A stretch of DNA of 64,000 nt from Longimicrobiales bacterium (GCA_965219445.1 CBDCNQ010000005.1:1248001-1312000), one strand, 5' to 3'. Counted from the stretch's first letter, positions 38,247-51,685 are shown. Numbers and translations: made by a program. Notes: generated by a model not told the origin, from the sequence alone.

Positions 38247-39209
38247 CTACCTGACGTTCACCCTGACGTAGCCGTTGGTCCAGCAGCACTGGTCCCCCGA
38301 GCCGCTGTCAGGCGCACTCCAGTTGTCCACCTGCGCTAGCATGAGATACTCACCCGGCACGGAGAACGTAACAATCACGCGGGCGGTGCCATGCCCCGCC
38401 GCAAGCGGGATAACCTGGGGTCCGCCTGGCTCCGGTCGTCGTGTATCAGCGGCGTCGTCCTCCTCCTCCTCCTCCACCTCAGGGTTGGACTCGTGCCGTG
38501 TGTATTCGACCCGTCCCGGACCCTGGAGCTGGGACCATATCACGCGCAGGGGAATGGCCTCCGCGAAACGGAAATCCTCCTGATCCCTCTCCGAAGGGTC
38601 CGTCGCGTTGACCGAGAGGGTGAGGGGAGATCCTACCGCGACGGTCAGCGTACGTTCTGCCATGATGCCCGGAGGTCCTCGGCCCACGCCGGAATCCGAG
38701 TCGAACGAGACGCTCGGAGGGAGACTGCCGTGAGGCCGGGGAACCCAGTCCAGCTGGTAGGCATTGGAAGTGACCCGGCCCGGCACTCTCGCGACGTCGC
38801 CGTTCGCTCTGCGAAGGGTCCACCAGACATCCTGGTCCTTCATCTCCGCCGGCAGAGTCACGGTGAAGATCCCCCGGTGGCGTCCGGGGAAAAACGTCGT
38901 GGGCTGCATCCCGTCGAACGGAGCCGGATCGAGAAAATTACCCTCTCCCAAGGGAATCACCAACGTGTCCTCATTGGCATTGAGGTACCCGAAGGAGATG
39001 CTGTACGTCCCGTCTTCATTCTCGTACCAGCCCTCCATGAAGGGGGCAAGGATGCGATGACCGGGAGAGTCAGGCTGGAGGGGCCAGCGGCCATCCGGCC
39101 CCGGCCCCGTCACCTGGGCCTCGAGTGCCGTTGGACCAACTGGACCCGCCAAAGGACCCCAGAGCAGCAGCGCGGTGGCCACGCTACACACCCTCATCCG
39201 AAGCATCAT
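38247..39209 (-). CDS. Secreted CCWTN-motif protein, copy 2
   Basis: Close paralog of copy 1, ending CCWTNGYVRVNVR. GAGGAGGAG RBS. Confidence 0.8.
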   Translation of the reverse strand: MMLRMRVCSVATALLLWGPLAGPVGPTALEAQVTGPGPDGRWPLQPDSPGHRILAPFMEGWYENEDGTYSISFGYLNANEDTLVIPLGEGNFLDPAPFDGMQPTTFFPGRHRGIFTVTLPAEMKDQDVWWTLRRANGDVARVPGRVTSNAYQLDWVPRPHGSLPPSVSFDSDSGVGRGPPGIMAERTLTVAVGSPLTLSVNATDPSERDQEDFRFAEAIPLRVIWSQLQGPGRVEYTRHESNPEVEEEEEDDAADTRRPEPGGPQVIPLAAGHGTARVIVTFSVPGEYLMLAQVDNWSAPDSGSGDQCCWTNGYVRVNVR

Positions 39210-39242
39210 GAACTCCTCCTCGAACGTTGGAGGGTCGAATCT

Positions 39243-39345
39243 AAGGCGGGATTGTGAAAGAAGCGAAGGGGACCGAAGGAGCCGCCGCTGCTGCGAAGCG
39301 TCCTTTGATCCCCATCAGTAAAAATCCAGCATGTAAAGCGACCTG
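39243..39345. repeat. Conserved intergenic hairpin element, copy 2
   Basis: Matches 36599-36699. Confidence 0.85.
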
Positions 39346-39395
39346 AGAATCAGTTCCTAGCAGCGATCCTCTGCTCTTCGTCCGTCTTCCGCTCC
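39338..39395 (-). pseudogene. 58-bp repeat copy 2: orphan 3' end of a monooxygenase gene (ERKTDEEQRIAARN-stop)
   Basis: Identical to 33985-34042, with no upstream gene body. Confidence 0.8.
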
Positions 39396-39511
39396 GATGG
39401 AGCCATCGACAGTAGCGTCACAAGTGTGCGTCTTCTTGTTGCGTCGACGGCGAATTACGATACAGTGCGCGAGTGATATCACCCTCGATCACCAGATAAA
39501 GGGAGTTTCCC

Positions 39512-39703
39512 ATGGCGGCATACACCTGCGACAAGTGCGGCATGAGCGTGAACATGACGTGTGGTCAGTGTGGGCAGGAGCTCGTCCATGACACGCTCAC
39601 CACGGACGACGGCAGCAGCGTTGAGGTATCGAAATGTCCCGAAGGACACGGCATGATCAAGTCGCCGATGTGCTGCGCACAGGACATGACCTGCACGGTC
39701 TAG
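39512..39703 (+). CDS. Small Cys-rich metal-binding protein (desulforedoxin-like ends)
   Basis: AAGGGAG RBS. YTCDKCG..CGQCG..CPEGHG..PMCCAQDM. Confidence 0.75.
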   Translation: MAAYTCDKCGMSVNMTCGQCGQELVHDTLTTDDGSSVEVSKCPEGHGMIKSPMCCAQDMTCTV

Positions 39704-39796
39704 CCGCCGGCTCGGCATAGCTGCAAGCGTCGGGCGGCAAGGGTTACCGCTCCCCTCGCTGAACCCATCGGAGCTCCGGTATCCTTCTTTTTCCCA

Positions 39797-42148
39797 ATGC
39801 CCTCCATCCTGAACTCCGCCTCTAGTGAGCCAGCTCTGACTGCTCGCTTTTTTTCGTGTTCTAGGTCGATCACGGCCTGCCTCCTGGGTGTCCTGCTTTC
39901 GAGTTCACCGACCGCCGCACTCGGCCAGGCTCAAGAAGCCTCGGATCAGGCTCAAGAAGCCTTGGACCAGGACGAGTCCGTCGACCTCGAGGCCATCCGG
40001 ATTCCCGACAGTCTGAGCATCGATCTCGACGGTCGGCTGGACGAAGAAGCTTGGAGTCTGGCCACTCCGATTTCCGACTTCACTCAGCAATATCCCGACG
40101 AGGGCGGCCTCCCCTCCGAGCGAACCGAGATCCGGGTCGTCTTCAACGAGAACGAGATGTTCATCGGCGCGATTCTCTACGACGACCCCAGTGGTATCCT
40201 CGCGTATCAAAGGCGTCGTGACGCGGGCCTCGGCACCGACGATCGGTTCATGTGGATACTGGACACGTTTCTCGACGGTCGGACGGGGTATTTCTTCGAG
40301 ATCAATGCCGCTGGGCTGATGGGTGATGGACTGATCACGGGCGGCGGCGGCGGTGGTCGGGGGGGAGGTGGGAGGATGCAAAAATCATGGGACGGGATCT
40401 GGGAGACGCGCGTGGCCCGCCGGCCGGACGGATGGTCCGCGGAGATCCAGATACCGTTCCGCACGCTGAACTTCGATCCGGACCTCGACTCCTGGGGGAT
40501 CAACTTTCAGCGCACGATTCGTCGAAAACAGGAAGAGATTCTCTGGAGGGGGTATCGGAGGAACCAAGGAGTCTTCCAGCCCGTCCATGCCGGCCGGATC
40601 ACGGGCTTGCGGGATCTGTCCCAGGGGATCGGGCTCGAAGCGAAGCCCTACGCGGTCGGGAGCTGGAGGACGCAGCCGGCGGATGTCGATCCCACCACCT
40701 ACCCAAGGGACGTCGGGGTGGACGTGAGTTATAGCCTTACGCCGAGCCTTCGGGCCGCCGTCAGCGCGAATACGGATTTTGCGGAGGTGGAGGTGGATCA
40801 AAGGCGGGTCAATCTGACCCGCTTCCCCCTACGCTTTCCTGAGCAACGCGACTTCTTCCTCGAGGGATCGGGCGTGTTTTCGTTTGCGGGAAGGAACGGG
40901 GCTACGCCCTACTTCAGCCGTGACATCGGGCTGGCCGATGGGCGGCCCGTCCCCGTGACCTATGGCGCGCGCCTCGGCGGACAGGCTGGCAAGTACGAGC
41001 TCGGATTTCTTCAGGTGGGGACGGGCTCAATTCTGCCGGATACTCTGACTGGGTTCAGCGGAAGCCCCACCGAGAACTTCACGGTCGCCCGTGTCAAGCG
41101 GAGTTTCCTCGAGCAATCCACGGTTGGCGTAATCTACACGCTTCGTAACCCGGGCAAGGACATAGCGGGCGTGGCAGGGGTCGATCGCCACACCCTGGGT
41201 GCGGACCTGAACTACATGACCAGCCGCTTGTTTGGCGACAAGAACTTTCAGGCCGAGGCCTTTTTCGTCTGGAACTCCAATCCGACGCCGAGCGTGGACA
41301 CGTCCCTGGGGGACCTGACCGCGAGGGGTTTCCGCTTCGACTTCCCGAACGACGTCTGGCAGACGCACCTGTCGTACCGGGAATTTGGACATGAATACGA
41401 TCCGGCCGTCGGTTTCGTCACCAGGAACGGCTTCAAGCGTGTGGAGCCTCGTTTGGCGTGGCGTCCCCTATCCGACATCAGTTGGATTCGGCGCTACAGC
41501 GTTTCCGCGCAGTACCGCAGACTCGCCAATCTCACCACCGGACAAGTCGAGGAGGAGCAGTGGGATCTCAATCTCTTCGGCTTCGACTTCGAGGCCGGGG
41601 GTAACTGGGACATCATCGCCCGCCGTTTGGACGAGTACCTCGACCAGGACTTCGAAATCAGCGACGGCATCGTGATCCAACCGGGACAGTACAGGAACTG
41701 GGAGTGGACACTGACCGCCCGGACGCCGAGCCAGAGGAGATTGTCTGGAAACTTCAACTTCACGGACGGGGGCTTCTGGAGCGGCGACAACTTTCGCTAC
41801 TCAGTCGGGCTTACCTTCCGCCCGAATCCCGGATTCAGCATCTCCACCGATTTTGAACGAAACGACGTCGACTTGCCGCAGGGAAACTTCGAGGTCGATC
41901 TGACCCGGTTGGAGGCCGCGTGGGACATCAGCCCATGGGTGTCCGTCATGGGCAACATCCAATACGACACCCAATCGGAAGTCGTGGGGCTCTTCGCGCG
42001 GGCCCGCTGGATCATCGAGCCCGGGGCCGACTTCTATATCGTGTACACGAACAACTGGCGGAATCTAGGCGCCAGCGTGTTCGATCGGGACTTCCTGACA
42101 CTGTCGCGCGGTGGAAGCGTGAAGGTGAATTACACGTACAGGTTGTAG
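39797..42148 (+). CDS. DUF5916/CBM9-like outer-membrane protein, second paralog
   Basis: LDGRLDE, EIQIPFRTL, NTDFAEVEVD, FPEQRDFFLEG, terminal beta strand. Confidence 0.85.
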   Translation: MPSILNSASSEPALTARFFSCSRSITACLLGVLLSSSPTAALGQAQEASDQAQEALDQDESVDLEAIRIPDSLSIDLDGRLDEEAWSLATPISDFTQQYPDEGGLPSERTEIRVVFNENEMFIGAILYDDPSGILAYQRRRDAGLGTDDRFMWILDTFLDGRTGYFFEINAAGLMGDGLITGGGGGGRGGGGRMQKSWDGIWETRVARRPDGWSAEIQIPFRTLNFDPDLDSWGINFQRTIRRKQEEILWRGYRRNQGVFQPVHAGRITGLRDLSQGIGLEAKPYAVGSWRTQPADVDPTTYPRDVGVDVSYSLTPSLRAAVSANTDFAEVEVDQRRVNLTRFPLRFPEQRDFFLEGSGVFSFAGRNGATPYFSRDIGLADGRPVPVTYGARLGGQAGKYELGFLQVGTGSILPDTLTGFSGSPTENFTVARVKRSFLEQSTVGVIYTLRNPGKDIAGVAGVDRHTLGADLNYMTSRLFGDKNFQAEAFFVWNSNPTPSVDTSLGDLTARGFRFDFPNDVWQTHLSYREFGHEYDPAVGFVTRNGFKRVEPRLAWRPLSDISWIRRYSVSAQYRRLANLTTGQVEEEQWDLNLFGFDFEAGGNWDIIARRLDEYLDQDFEISDGIVIQPGQYRNWEWTLTARTPSQRRLSGNFNFTDGGFWSGDNFRYSVGLTFRPNPGFSISTDFERNDVDLPQGNFEVDLTRLEAAWDISPWVSVMGNIQYDTQSEVVGLFARARWIIEPGADFYIVYTNNWRNLGASVFDRDFLTLSRGGSVKVNYTYRL

Positions 42149-42175
42149 CGGCTGAGACTACGGGTTGACGTGACA

Positions 42176-42210
42176 GAGACCGGACAGGCCTTATCGACCT
42201 ACCCGGTCTC
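42176..42210. terminator. Hairpin between convergent genes
   Basis: GAGACCGG..AGG-loop-CCT..CCGGTCTC. Confidence 0.45.
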
Positions 42211-42236
42211 GTTGCGTTGAACCGCGACGGAGATCC

Positions 42237-44573
42237 CTAGGGGGCTCTGGCCTCCTGGGAGGTTTGAGTCTCCTGCGTGGCTTTGGCCTTCAGGGCGGCC
42301 TGGTCCTCCGGAGTGGTCTTGGCCTCCGGAGCGGTCTTGGCCTCCGGCCCCGCCTGGGTCTCCGCCACGCCCTGGGCCTCCTTCGCCAGCCGAGCCTTCA
42401 CCTCGCGGCGCCGTGCATGTAGGACGGTCTCGGTGTAGCCGTTCGGCTCCTCACGGCCATTGAACACCAACTCCAGGGCGGCCTGAAACTCGGCGCTCGA
42501 CGAGAGATCGGCGGACATGGGTCGGTAGTTTGGGTCTCCTTCGTTCTGCTCGTCGACCACGGCCGCCATGGACTCGAACGTGCTCGTCACCTGATCTGCG
42601 GTGACGAGACCATGGAGGAGCCAATTCGCGATGTGCTGGCTCGAGATGCGCAGGGTCGCGCGGTCTTCCATCAGCGCCACATCGTTGATGTCGGGGACCT
42701 TGGAGCAGCCGATCCCCTGGCCGACCCAGCGGACGACATAGCCGAGGATGCCCTGCGTGTTGTTATCCAACTCGTTCTGGATTTCCTCATCGGTCAAGGG
42801 GCGGTCCCCGAGCAGGGGAAGCGTCAGGATGGCGTCTAGATCGGCGCGCTCCCGTTTGGCCAGCTCAGACTGAACGTCTCGGACGTTTACCCGATGGTAG
42901 TGCGTGGCGTGCAAGGTGGCCGCGGTGGGCGAGGGCACCCAAGCAGTATTGGCACCGGCACGTGGGTGGTCGATCTTCGCTTCCAACATCGCACCCATGA
43001 TGTCCGGTGCGGCCCACATGCCCTTGCCGATCTGTGCCACGCCGGGGAGGCTGCACTCGATCCCCACGTCCACGTTCCAGTCCTCGTACGCGAGCATCCA
43101 GGGGCAGCTCTTGATCTCCGGCTTGGGGATCATGGCCCCGGCGACCATGCTCGTGTGGATCTCATCTCCGGTGCGGTCGAGAAACCCGGTGTTGATGAAA
43201 ATCAGGCGATCTGCGGCGGCGCGGATGCATTGCTTCAGGTTGACAGTCGTCCGCCGCTCTTCGTCCATGATACCGATCTTCAGAGTCCGCTTCGGCATTC
43301 CCAGAGCTTGCTCGATCCGACCGAACAGCTCCACGGTGGCAGCAACCTCTTCGGGACCGTGCATTTTGGGCTTCACGATGTAGACGCTGCCCGTACGGCT
43401 ATTGCGCACGGGGCCGTCGCCGTTGAGGTCGTGGAGGGCGCCCCAAGACGTAATCAGCGCGTCCAAGAACCCCTCCGGGATCGGCTCGCCAGCCATAGTG
43501 GTGACGGCGTCGGTGTACATATGAATCCCCACGTTGCGCACGAGGAGAAGGCTGCGCCCCGGCAGTTTGAGCGCCTTACCGCTCCGGTCTTGATACATGC
43601 GATCCTCATTGAGAGTACGCGTCAGTGCCCGGCCGTCCTTCTCGAGCGTGGCCGTGAGCGTCCCCTTCATGATCCCGAGCCAGTTGCGATAAACGAGGAC
43701 TTTGTCCTCCGCGTCGACGGCCGAGACGGAATCCTCGCAGTCCTGGATGGTCGTGACCGCGGCCTCCATCACGACGTCGTAGACCCCGGCCGGATGCGCC
43801 TTGCCGACGGGATGATCCCGATCGATTCGGATGTCGATGTGGAGGCCATGGTTGCAGAGGAGCACGCTGCTGACACGCCCGCCCTCGAGCTGGAAGCCGG
43901 CGAAAAGGGACGGCTCTGCCGGCGCCGTCCGCCGGTCGTCGGACAGTACGCACACGAGGCGGCTCGGGCCGTCGTAATTTTCCACAACGAATTCGGTGAC
44001 CTCAGAGTAGAGGCCCTGGCTCAGAGGGACGACGTCGTCGAGAAAGCGCTCGGTCCACTCGACAACCCGGGCTCCTCGCACCGGATTGTAGGCGGCCCCT
44101 CGCTCCGCCCCGTCCTCCTCGCCGATGACGTCTGTACCGTACACAGCGTCGTAGAGGCTACCCCAACGTGCGTTGGCGGCGTTCAACGAGTAACGGGCGT
44201 TGTCCACCGGCACCACCAGTTGCGGCCCGGCGATCGAGGAGATCTCCGGATCCACATCGCTCGTGGTAATGGTGAGCGAGCCCTCCTCGGGGAGCACATA
44301 GCCCGTATCCTGGAGAAAGCTCTTGTATTCGTGCGGGTCGAGCGGCTGGCTGGCCCGTTTCTCGTGCCACTCGTCGAGCCCCTTCTCGTGACGGGCACGC
44401 ACGTCGAGGAGACGGCGGTTCTCCGGGCCGAGCTCCGTGACGATAGTCCCCAGGGAGGTCCAAACCGCGTCAGGGTCGAGACCTGTGCCGGGTGCGATTT
44501 CCGACCGCGCCAGGTCGTATAGAGGCTTCGCGATACTCAGGTTCGCGATGTTGACTCGCTCGAGTGCGCTCAT
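42237..44573 (-). CDS. glcB: Malate synthase G
   Basis: [62 protein letters not shown]. Confidence 0.96.
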   Translation of the reverse strand: MSALERVNIANLSIAKPLYDLARSEIAPGTGLDPDAVWTSLGTIVTELGPENRRLLDVRARHEKGLDEWHEKRASQPLDPHEYKSFLQDTGYVLPEEGSLTITTSDVDPEISSIAGPQLVVPVDNARYSLNAANARWGSLYDAVYGTDVIGEEDGAERGAAYNPVRGARVVEWTERFLDDVVPLSQGLYSEVTEFVVENYDGPSRLVCVLSDDRRTAPAEPSLFAGFQLEGGRVSSVLLCNHGLHIDIRIDRDHPVGKAHPAGVYDVVMEAAVTTIQDCEDSVSAVDAEDKVLVYRNWLGIMKGTLTATLEKDGRALTRTLNEDRMYQDRSGKALKLPGRSLLLVRNVGIHMYTDAVTTMAGEPIPEGFLDALITSWGALHDLNGDGPVRNSRTGSVYIVKPKMHGPEEVAATVELFGRIEQALGMPKRTLKIGIMDEERRTTVNLKQCIRAAADRLIFINTGFLDRTGDEIHTSMVAGAMIPKPEIKSCPWMLAYEDWNVDVGIECSLPGVAQIGKGMWAAPDIMGAMLEAKIDHPRAGANTAWVPSPTAATLHATHYHRVNVRDVQSELAKRERADLDAILTLPLLGDRPLTDEEIQNELDNNTQGILGYVVRWVGQGIGCSKVPDINDVALMEDRATLRISSQHIANWLLHGLVTADQVTSTFESMAAVVDEQNEGDPNYRPMSADLSSSAEFQAALELVFNGREEPNGYTETVLHARRREVKARLAKEAQGVAETQAGPEAKTAPEAKTTPEDQAALKAKATQETQTSQEARAP

Positions 44574-44802
44574 GGCTGCGGGCTCCTGGACCAGGGTTTA
44601 CACCGACGCGTCACACCGTCGGAAAGGCGCGACGCCAGAGGCCGGCGTCCGGGGACAACGCGATGGGTCTGTGGCTCACCGCAACAAAGAATTAACTGCC
44701 GGGGCCCTCCGCTGCAAACACAGGAGCGGCGTCCTTACCGGGGGTCGGTCACTCCGTCCTTGTGGCCTAGGGCCACGCAAGGATTCCCGTCGGGCCCGCG
44801 GC

Positions 44803-47106
<2,304 letters not shown>

Positions 47107-47210
47107 TGGCCCGATCCCCTTTGTGGAAAACGCGAGCGGGCGCGCCCTTCGAGAGGGCGCGCCCGCGGAAACGAAATGTAGAGCCGTCTTAGAGACGGCG
47201 GCGGGCCGTC

Positions 47211-48572
47211 CTACCTGGCCGCGATTGGCTGTTGGCGCTCCTGTCGCCGCTCCATCATCGTCTCGTACTCCTCCTGCTCCAGATCGGTAATGCCGACCCA
47301 CATGTGAGACATCTCGTCCACACCGCGTCTACCGAAGACCACCCACTGCTCGGGATCGGGATTGAGCGGATTGTCGGCCGTGTTGTCGAAGACGGACGTG
47401 AAGAGAAGCATCGTACCGGCGGGAAGGAGAGGTTGGGCGTCTTCCGCGTACTGGTAGGAAAGCTGCCAGATGTGCCTATAGTCGGAGACCTTGCCGAGCA
47501 TTTCCCTGCGGCCATCCGGGTAGATCGCTTCCATCGACATCTCTTTGCCCCGCATGTGCATGTGCGGCCGGAAGCTGCTGATCAGGGTCGGCGACTTGAG
47601 TACGTGGATGCCTTGGAGGACCTGCCGTCCGTGCGGCGGAATGAGAATGTCGCCGGCCCGCGGCATACCGTTCCTCCGGTCGACCATGAAGGTGACTTCT
47701 CCTCGGGTCTCGACCTCGGGCTGCTCGCCCTCCGGGTAAAGCCAGAGCCCGACGTCGACCACGTCGTCCTCTACGAGCTCACCGGCCGGGAAGTAGTGGA
47801 TATTCCAGGACACCTCAGCTTCCCCGGCGGGAAGCAACATCCCGACACCCTCCGGGAACGTCTCATAGCGCTTTCCGACTCCGTAATGCGCGATTCCGAC
47901 GCCGCCATCGTAGCCTCCGTCCACGCCCTCGTACCGGAGGCTCGCGTGGCCGTGATGGACGACCTTGAGGCCATTCGGATACGCTGGCTTGAACTCATAT
48001 CCTTTGATCCAGCGGTCCTCGTCGGCGCCCACGAACTTCTCCCGGGGCGCCCACCACTGGTCCTGGCCGTTGGCCACCACGTCGTACGCGCCAGAACTGA
48101 CCACCACATCCGGTGGCCGGCCATACATTTCTTCGAGGGCCCAAGCACCCCCCTGTGCGAGCATGGGGGACGCTGGCATGTCCGCGTCATCACCCTTGAC
48201 CGCACCACCGTCTGCCCACCGGACGATCGTCTCGATCTCTTCGTCGGTCAGAGACACGTCGTTCCGGTAATCCTGAATCCCCACCGTCTGATCGAGGTGC
48301 CACGGTGGCATCTGCCGCGTCTGCACCTTGAGCTTCATCAGCGGTGCGTACAGCCGAGCGTTCTCATAAGTGAGGAGCGACATCGGCGCGAACGAGCCGG
48401 GCCGGTGACACGTGACGCAATTCTCGTAAAGAATCGGCGCCACGTCTTTGGTAAACGTGACCTCCTGCGCCTCGAGTGCCCCCATGGGCAGAGCCGACGC
48501 GATGATCCAGGCCGAGGCCAAAGCTCCGGCGGCCCGCAGGAAGTGCGTACGTAAGTCTCCCCTCATGATCAT
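47211..48572 (-). CDS. Exported cytochrome c-fused copper type II monooxygenase, copy 3 (divergent)
   Basis: CVTCH + QMPP, VVHHG, WNIHYFP, PHMHMRG, DEMSH. AAGGAG RBS. Confidence 0.82.
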   Translation of the reverse strand: MIMRGDLRTHFLRAAGALASAWIIASALPMGALEAQEVTFTKDVAPILYENCVTCHRPGSFAPMSLLTYENARLYAPLMKLKVQTRQMPPWHLDQTVGIQDYRNDVSLTDEEIETIVRWADGGAVKGDDADMPASPMLAQGGAWALEEMYGRPPDVVVSSGAYDVVANGQDQWWAPREKFVGADEDRWIKGYEFKPAYPNGLKVVHHGHASLRYEGVDGGYDGGVGIAHYGVGKRYETFPEGVGMLLPAGEAEVSWNIHYFPAGELVEDDVVDVGLWLYPEGEQPEVETRGEVTFMVDRRNGMPRAGDILIPPHGRQVLQGIHVLKSPTLISSFRPHMHMRGKEMSMEAIYPDGRREMLGKVSDYRHIWQLSYQYAEDAQPLLPAGTMLLFTSVFDNTADNPLNPDPEQWVVFGRRGVDEMSHMWVGITDLEQEEYETMMERRQERQQPIAAR

Positions 48573-48659
48573 TTTCTCCTTAAGCCATCCACGGCAACAT
48601 CGCGCGGGAGGTGATGATAACTCCACACTGATAACAAAGCCATCCATTTATCAAGCCAT

Positions 48660-49490
48660 CTATTCGATAACCCTAACTGGGACATATCCGTTCGTCCAAC
48701 AACAATGGAATTCGAACTCAACGGTCCTGTCGATCGACTGCACCCGGATCAGATAATCCCCGGGCTCACTGAACCTCGCCGTGGTGGTAGCCATCCGGTT
48801 TGCCATGTCGACCAGGATCTCCGGTTCGGCGAAATCGACCCTTCCGGGGCCCTGGTGGTGGGTCCAACCCACCCAAGTTTGATCGTCGGGGTGGTCGACC
48901 CAGACGCTCAAGCTGAGCGGTTCATCCACGGACACCGTGCGTGGCTCCCCGGTGAAACCCGTCCGCCCCTGGAATTCGGTTCCATTCCTCTCGAACCTGA
49001 GGATTGGTGCTACGCTCGCGCGGCCATCGGCGACGGGTTCATCCAAGACGTAACTCGCAAGAACCTTCCCGGGTGTCGAGATGTCTTCGCCATCTCTATT
49101 GAGTGTCCAGACGACCTGACCGTCACCGAAGTCCGCAGGCACGTTGACGGTGAAGACACACCAGTGTCGCCGATACCTCGCATCTGGCACCCGATCGAAG
49201 TGCGTCGGTTGTCCTCCGTCGAACTCTGAGGGCACAATGAAGTTGGCCGGTCCGAGGGGGAGGTCGATGTCTTCGTCTGTGTTCAGGTTGAAATACCCGA
49301 AGCAGATCTCGTACGTATCGTCGGGATTCTGATAGTACCCCTCATAAACGGGGACAACGGGCTGCCCGGAGGGCCGAAGAACTTGCTCGTTGAAAATGCG
49401 CTCGGCGAGGGGAGTTATCTGAGCGTGCGCGGCAGACACCGAGAGCGAGACCCATATGACGGCACCGGCGCAAAGACCAAACCTACTCAT
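48660..49490 (-). CDS. Secreted CCWTN-motif protein, copy 3 (divergent)
   Basis: Signal AHA, PVYEGYYQNPDDTYEICFGYFN, QGPG, FSEPGDY, HCCWTNGYVPVRV. Confidence 0.8.
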   Translation of the reverse strand: MSRFGLCAGAVIWVSLSVSAAHAQITPLAERIFNEQVLRPSGQPVVPVYEGYYQNPDDTYEICFGYFNLNTDEDIDLPLGPANFIVPSEFDGGQPTHFDRVPDARYRRHWCVFTVNVPADFGDGQVVWTLNRDGEDISTPGKVLASYVLDEPVADGRASVAPILRFERNGTEFQGRTGFTGEPRTVSVDEPLSLSVWVDHPDDQTWVGWTHHQGPGRVDFAEPEILVDMANRMATTTARFSEPGDYLIRVQSIDRTVEFEFHCCWTNGYVPVRVIE

Positions 49491-49868
49491 CTACCCCTCC
49501 TGATTCGACCAACCCTGGCTCGACCGACACTGCTCGACCGACACTGTCTGTGGTCATTCGGAACCGCGTGGCCCCGTACAACGCGCGTGCCTGGGCCGGA
49601 CAATCCGAGGCCGGACAATAAGACCCTGGAGACTCACCGCGGGTCCGTTATGACGGGCGATCATGATCATCGAATTCCGCCAGCGCAAGAGCCCACGGAG
49701 ACAGAGCATGGCTCGCCTGTGGAGCCCTGGGCACCTCGGGCATGCTCCACTATTGTTGTGCCCAGTGCGGGGACTGTCGTGCCGAGTGTGGAAACCAACA
49801 CACTACCGACTCGACGCTCCGTTCGCGGTGGCCCCACAGCCGTAGAAGGGTCCAGAACCGAGGAGTCC

Positions 49869-50285
49869 ATGCCCAGAGTGAGCGTCACCAGAGAAGTCCA
49901 CTTCAGCGCGGCGCACCGAGTCTTCAATCCCGAGTGGAGCGACGAGCGCAACTTCGAGGTGTTCGGGGCGTGCGCTAATCCCAACTGGCACGGACACGAT
50001 TATGTGCTCTATGTAACGGTCGAGGCGGAACTAGACCGGGACACGGGCTTCGTGATGGACTTCAAAGACTTGAAGTCGGTCGTCGAGGCTCGCGTCGTCG
50101 ATGATTTGGACCACAAGAACGTGAATCTCGACGTGCCGTGGATGGAAGGAATCATCGCCTCAGCCGAAAACATCGTAGTCGCGATCTGGGATCGGCTCAC
50201 CGACCGCCTGCCTGACGGGGTGAAGCTGGCAAAGCTCACTCTCTGGGAGACGCCCCGCCATTACGTGGAGTATTCCGGTGAGTAG
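49869..50285 (+). CDS. 6-pyruvoyl-tetrahydropterin synthase / QueD family protein
   Basis: [42 protein letters not shown]. Confidence 0.92.
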   Translation: MPRVSVTREVHFSAAHRVFNPEWSDERNFEVFGACANPNWHGHDYVLYVTVEAELDRDTGFVMDFKDLKSVVEARVVDDLDHKNVNLDVPWMEGIIASAENIVVAIWDRLTDRLPDGVKLAKLTLWETPRHYVEYSGE

Positions 50286-50868
50286 CGATCTCTCGGGTGC
50301 CGCGTTCGAGGAGCTCGTCGCCGAGATGATCCGGCGGCTCGGCGATGACCCCGAGCGCGAAGGGCTCAAGCGGACACCCGAACGGGTGGCGAAGTCCCTG
50401 GCGTTCCTCACGCAGGGCTACGGCATGAAGTCCGAGGACGTCATCAACGGGGCCCTTTTCGAGGAAGGCCACCGGAACATGATTCTGGTGAAGGACATCG
50501 AGATGTACTCGCTGTGCGAGCACCATCTCTTGCCGTTCTTCGGCAAGGTGCATCTCGCCTACATCCCGAACGGCAAGATCGTGGGGCTGTCCAAGACCGC
50601 CCGCCTGGTCGAGGTCTACGCTCGCCGCCTTCAGGTGCAGGAGCGGATGACGGAGCAGATCGCTCAAGCGATCTGGGAGTTGGCCGAGCCGGAGGGCGTG
50701 GGTGTCGTTATGGAGGCCTATCACCTGTGCATGATGATGCGGGGCGTACAGAAGCAGAATTCGAAGACGATCACGTCCGCCATGCGGGGGTCGTTTCTCG
50801 AGAACCAGATGACACGCGACGAGTTTCTTCGTCTCTGCATGACCGACCACAATCCTCTCTCGCAGTAA
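50278..50868 (+). CDS. folE: GTP cyclohydrolase I
   Basis: [44 protein letters not shown]. Confidence 0.96.
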   Translation: MSSDLSGAAFEELVAEMIRRLGDDPEREGLKRTPERVAKSLAFLTQGYGMKSEDVINGALFEEGHRNMILVKDIEMYSLCEHHLLPFFGKVHLAYIPNGKIVGLSKTARLVEVYARRLQVQERMTEQIAQAIWELAEPEGVGVVMEAYHLCMMMRGVQKQNSKTITSAMRGSFLENQMTRDEFLRLCMTDHNPLSQ

Positions 50869-50877
50869 GCCCCTTTT

Positions 50878-51672
50878 TTGAGTGAACGATCCACTTCAGA
50901 GAGGTCCACTTCAGAGAGATCCACTTCAGAGAGATCGAGTTCAGTGAGCGATCCACCGCCAACGAATCCCCTCGAGGGTGCGTCCGCTTTGGTGGTCGGT
51001 GCGAGCCGTGGCATTGGGGAGGCCACGTCCCGAGTGTTGGCGGCGGCAGGAGCACGAGTCTGCCTGGCGGCGCGCTCGATGGAGCACCTCGACAAGATCG
51101 CCGAGGAGATCGGGGGAGTGCCCCTCCAGCTGGACCTCGAAGACACTGAGGCGGTGGGGATCGCGATGCAGGCACTCGTGTCCGAGGTCGGAGCCGCTCC
51201 CGACATCGTGGTGAACGCCGCGGGAGTGTTTTCTCTGATTCCGGTAACGGACACCCCGGTCGAGACGTTCGAGCAGGCCCTCGCGGTGAACCTGCGTGGA
51301 CCGTTCGCGGTCATCCAAGCCCTCCTGCCTGCCATGACGGCTCGGGGCTCCGGTTGGGTCGTTACGGTGGGCTCGGTGGCGGGACGGAAGGCATACCCGG
51401 GCAATGCGGCATATTCGTCGACAAAGTTCGGCCTACGAGGGCTCCACGAGGTGCTCAGAGAGGAGCTCCGCGGCACGGGCGTGGGGTGTTCACTGATCGA
51501 GCCGGCCGCAACGAACACGGACCTGTGGGATACCTTGGATCCGGATTCTGACCCGAACCTCCCCGACCGGTCGCAGATGCTTCGTCCCGAGGACGTCGCC
51601 GAGGCGATTCTCTTCGTGTGCACCCGACCCGAGGGGGTTCAGATTCCAGTTCTGGCCATCGAGCACGACTGA
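50878..51672 (+). CDS. SDR oxidoreductase (start may be GTG 50944)
   Basis: GASRGIG, NAAG, YSSTK. Confidence 0.88.
   Translation: MSERSTSERSTSERSTSERSSSVSDPPPTNPLEGASALVVGASRGIGEATSRVLAAAGARVCLAARSMEHLDKIAEEIGGVPLQLDLEDTEAVGIAMQALVSEVGAAPDIVVNAAGVFSLIPVTDTPVETFEQALAVNLRGPFAVIQALLPAMTARGSGWVVTVGSVAGRKAYPGNAAYSSTKFGLRGLHEVLREELRGTGVGCSLIEPAATNTDLWDTLDPDSDPNLPDRSQMLRPEDVAEAILFVCTRPEGVQIPVLAIEHD
50890..50949. repeat. 15-bp tandem repeat, 3 copies plus 1 degenerate
   Basis: TCCACTTCAGAGAG(G/A) units. Confidence 0.9.
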
Positions 51673-51685
51673 CCCGAGTCCACGC

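Noticed and set aside
50890..50949. Short repeats as a possible CRISPR array
   Set aside because: Units are contiguous 15-mers without spacers and no cas genes are present.
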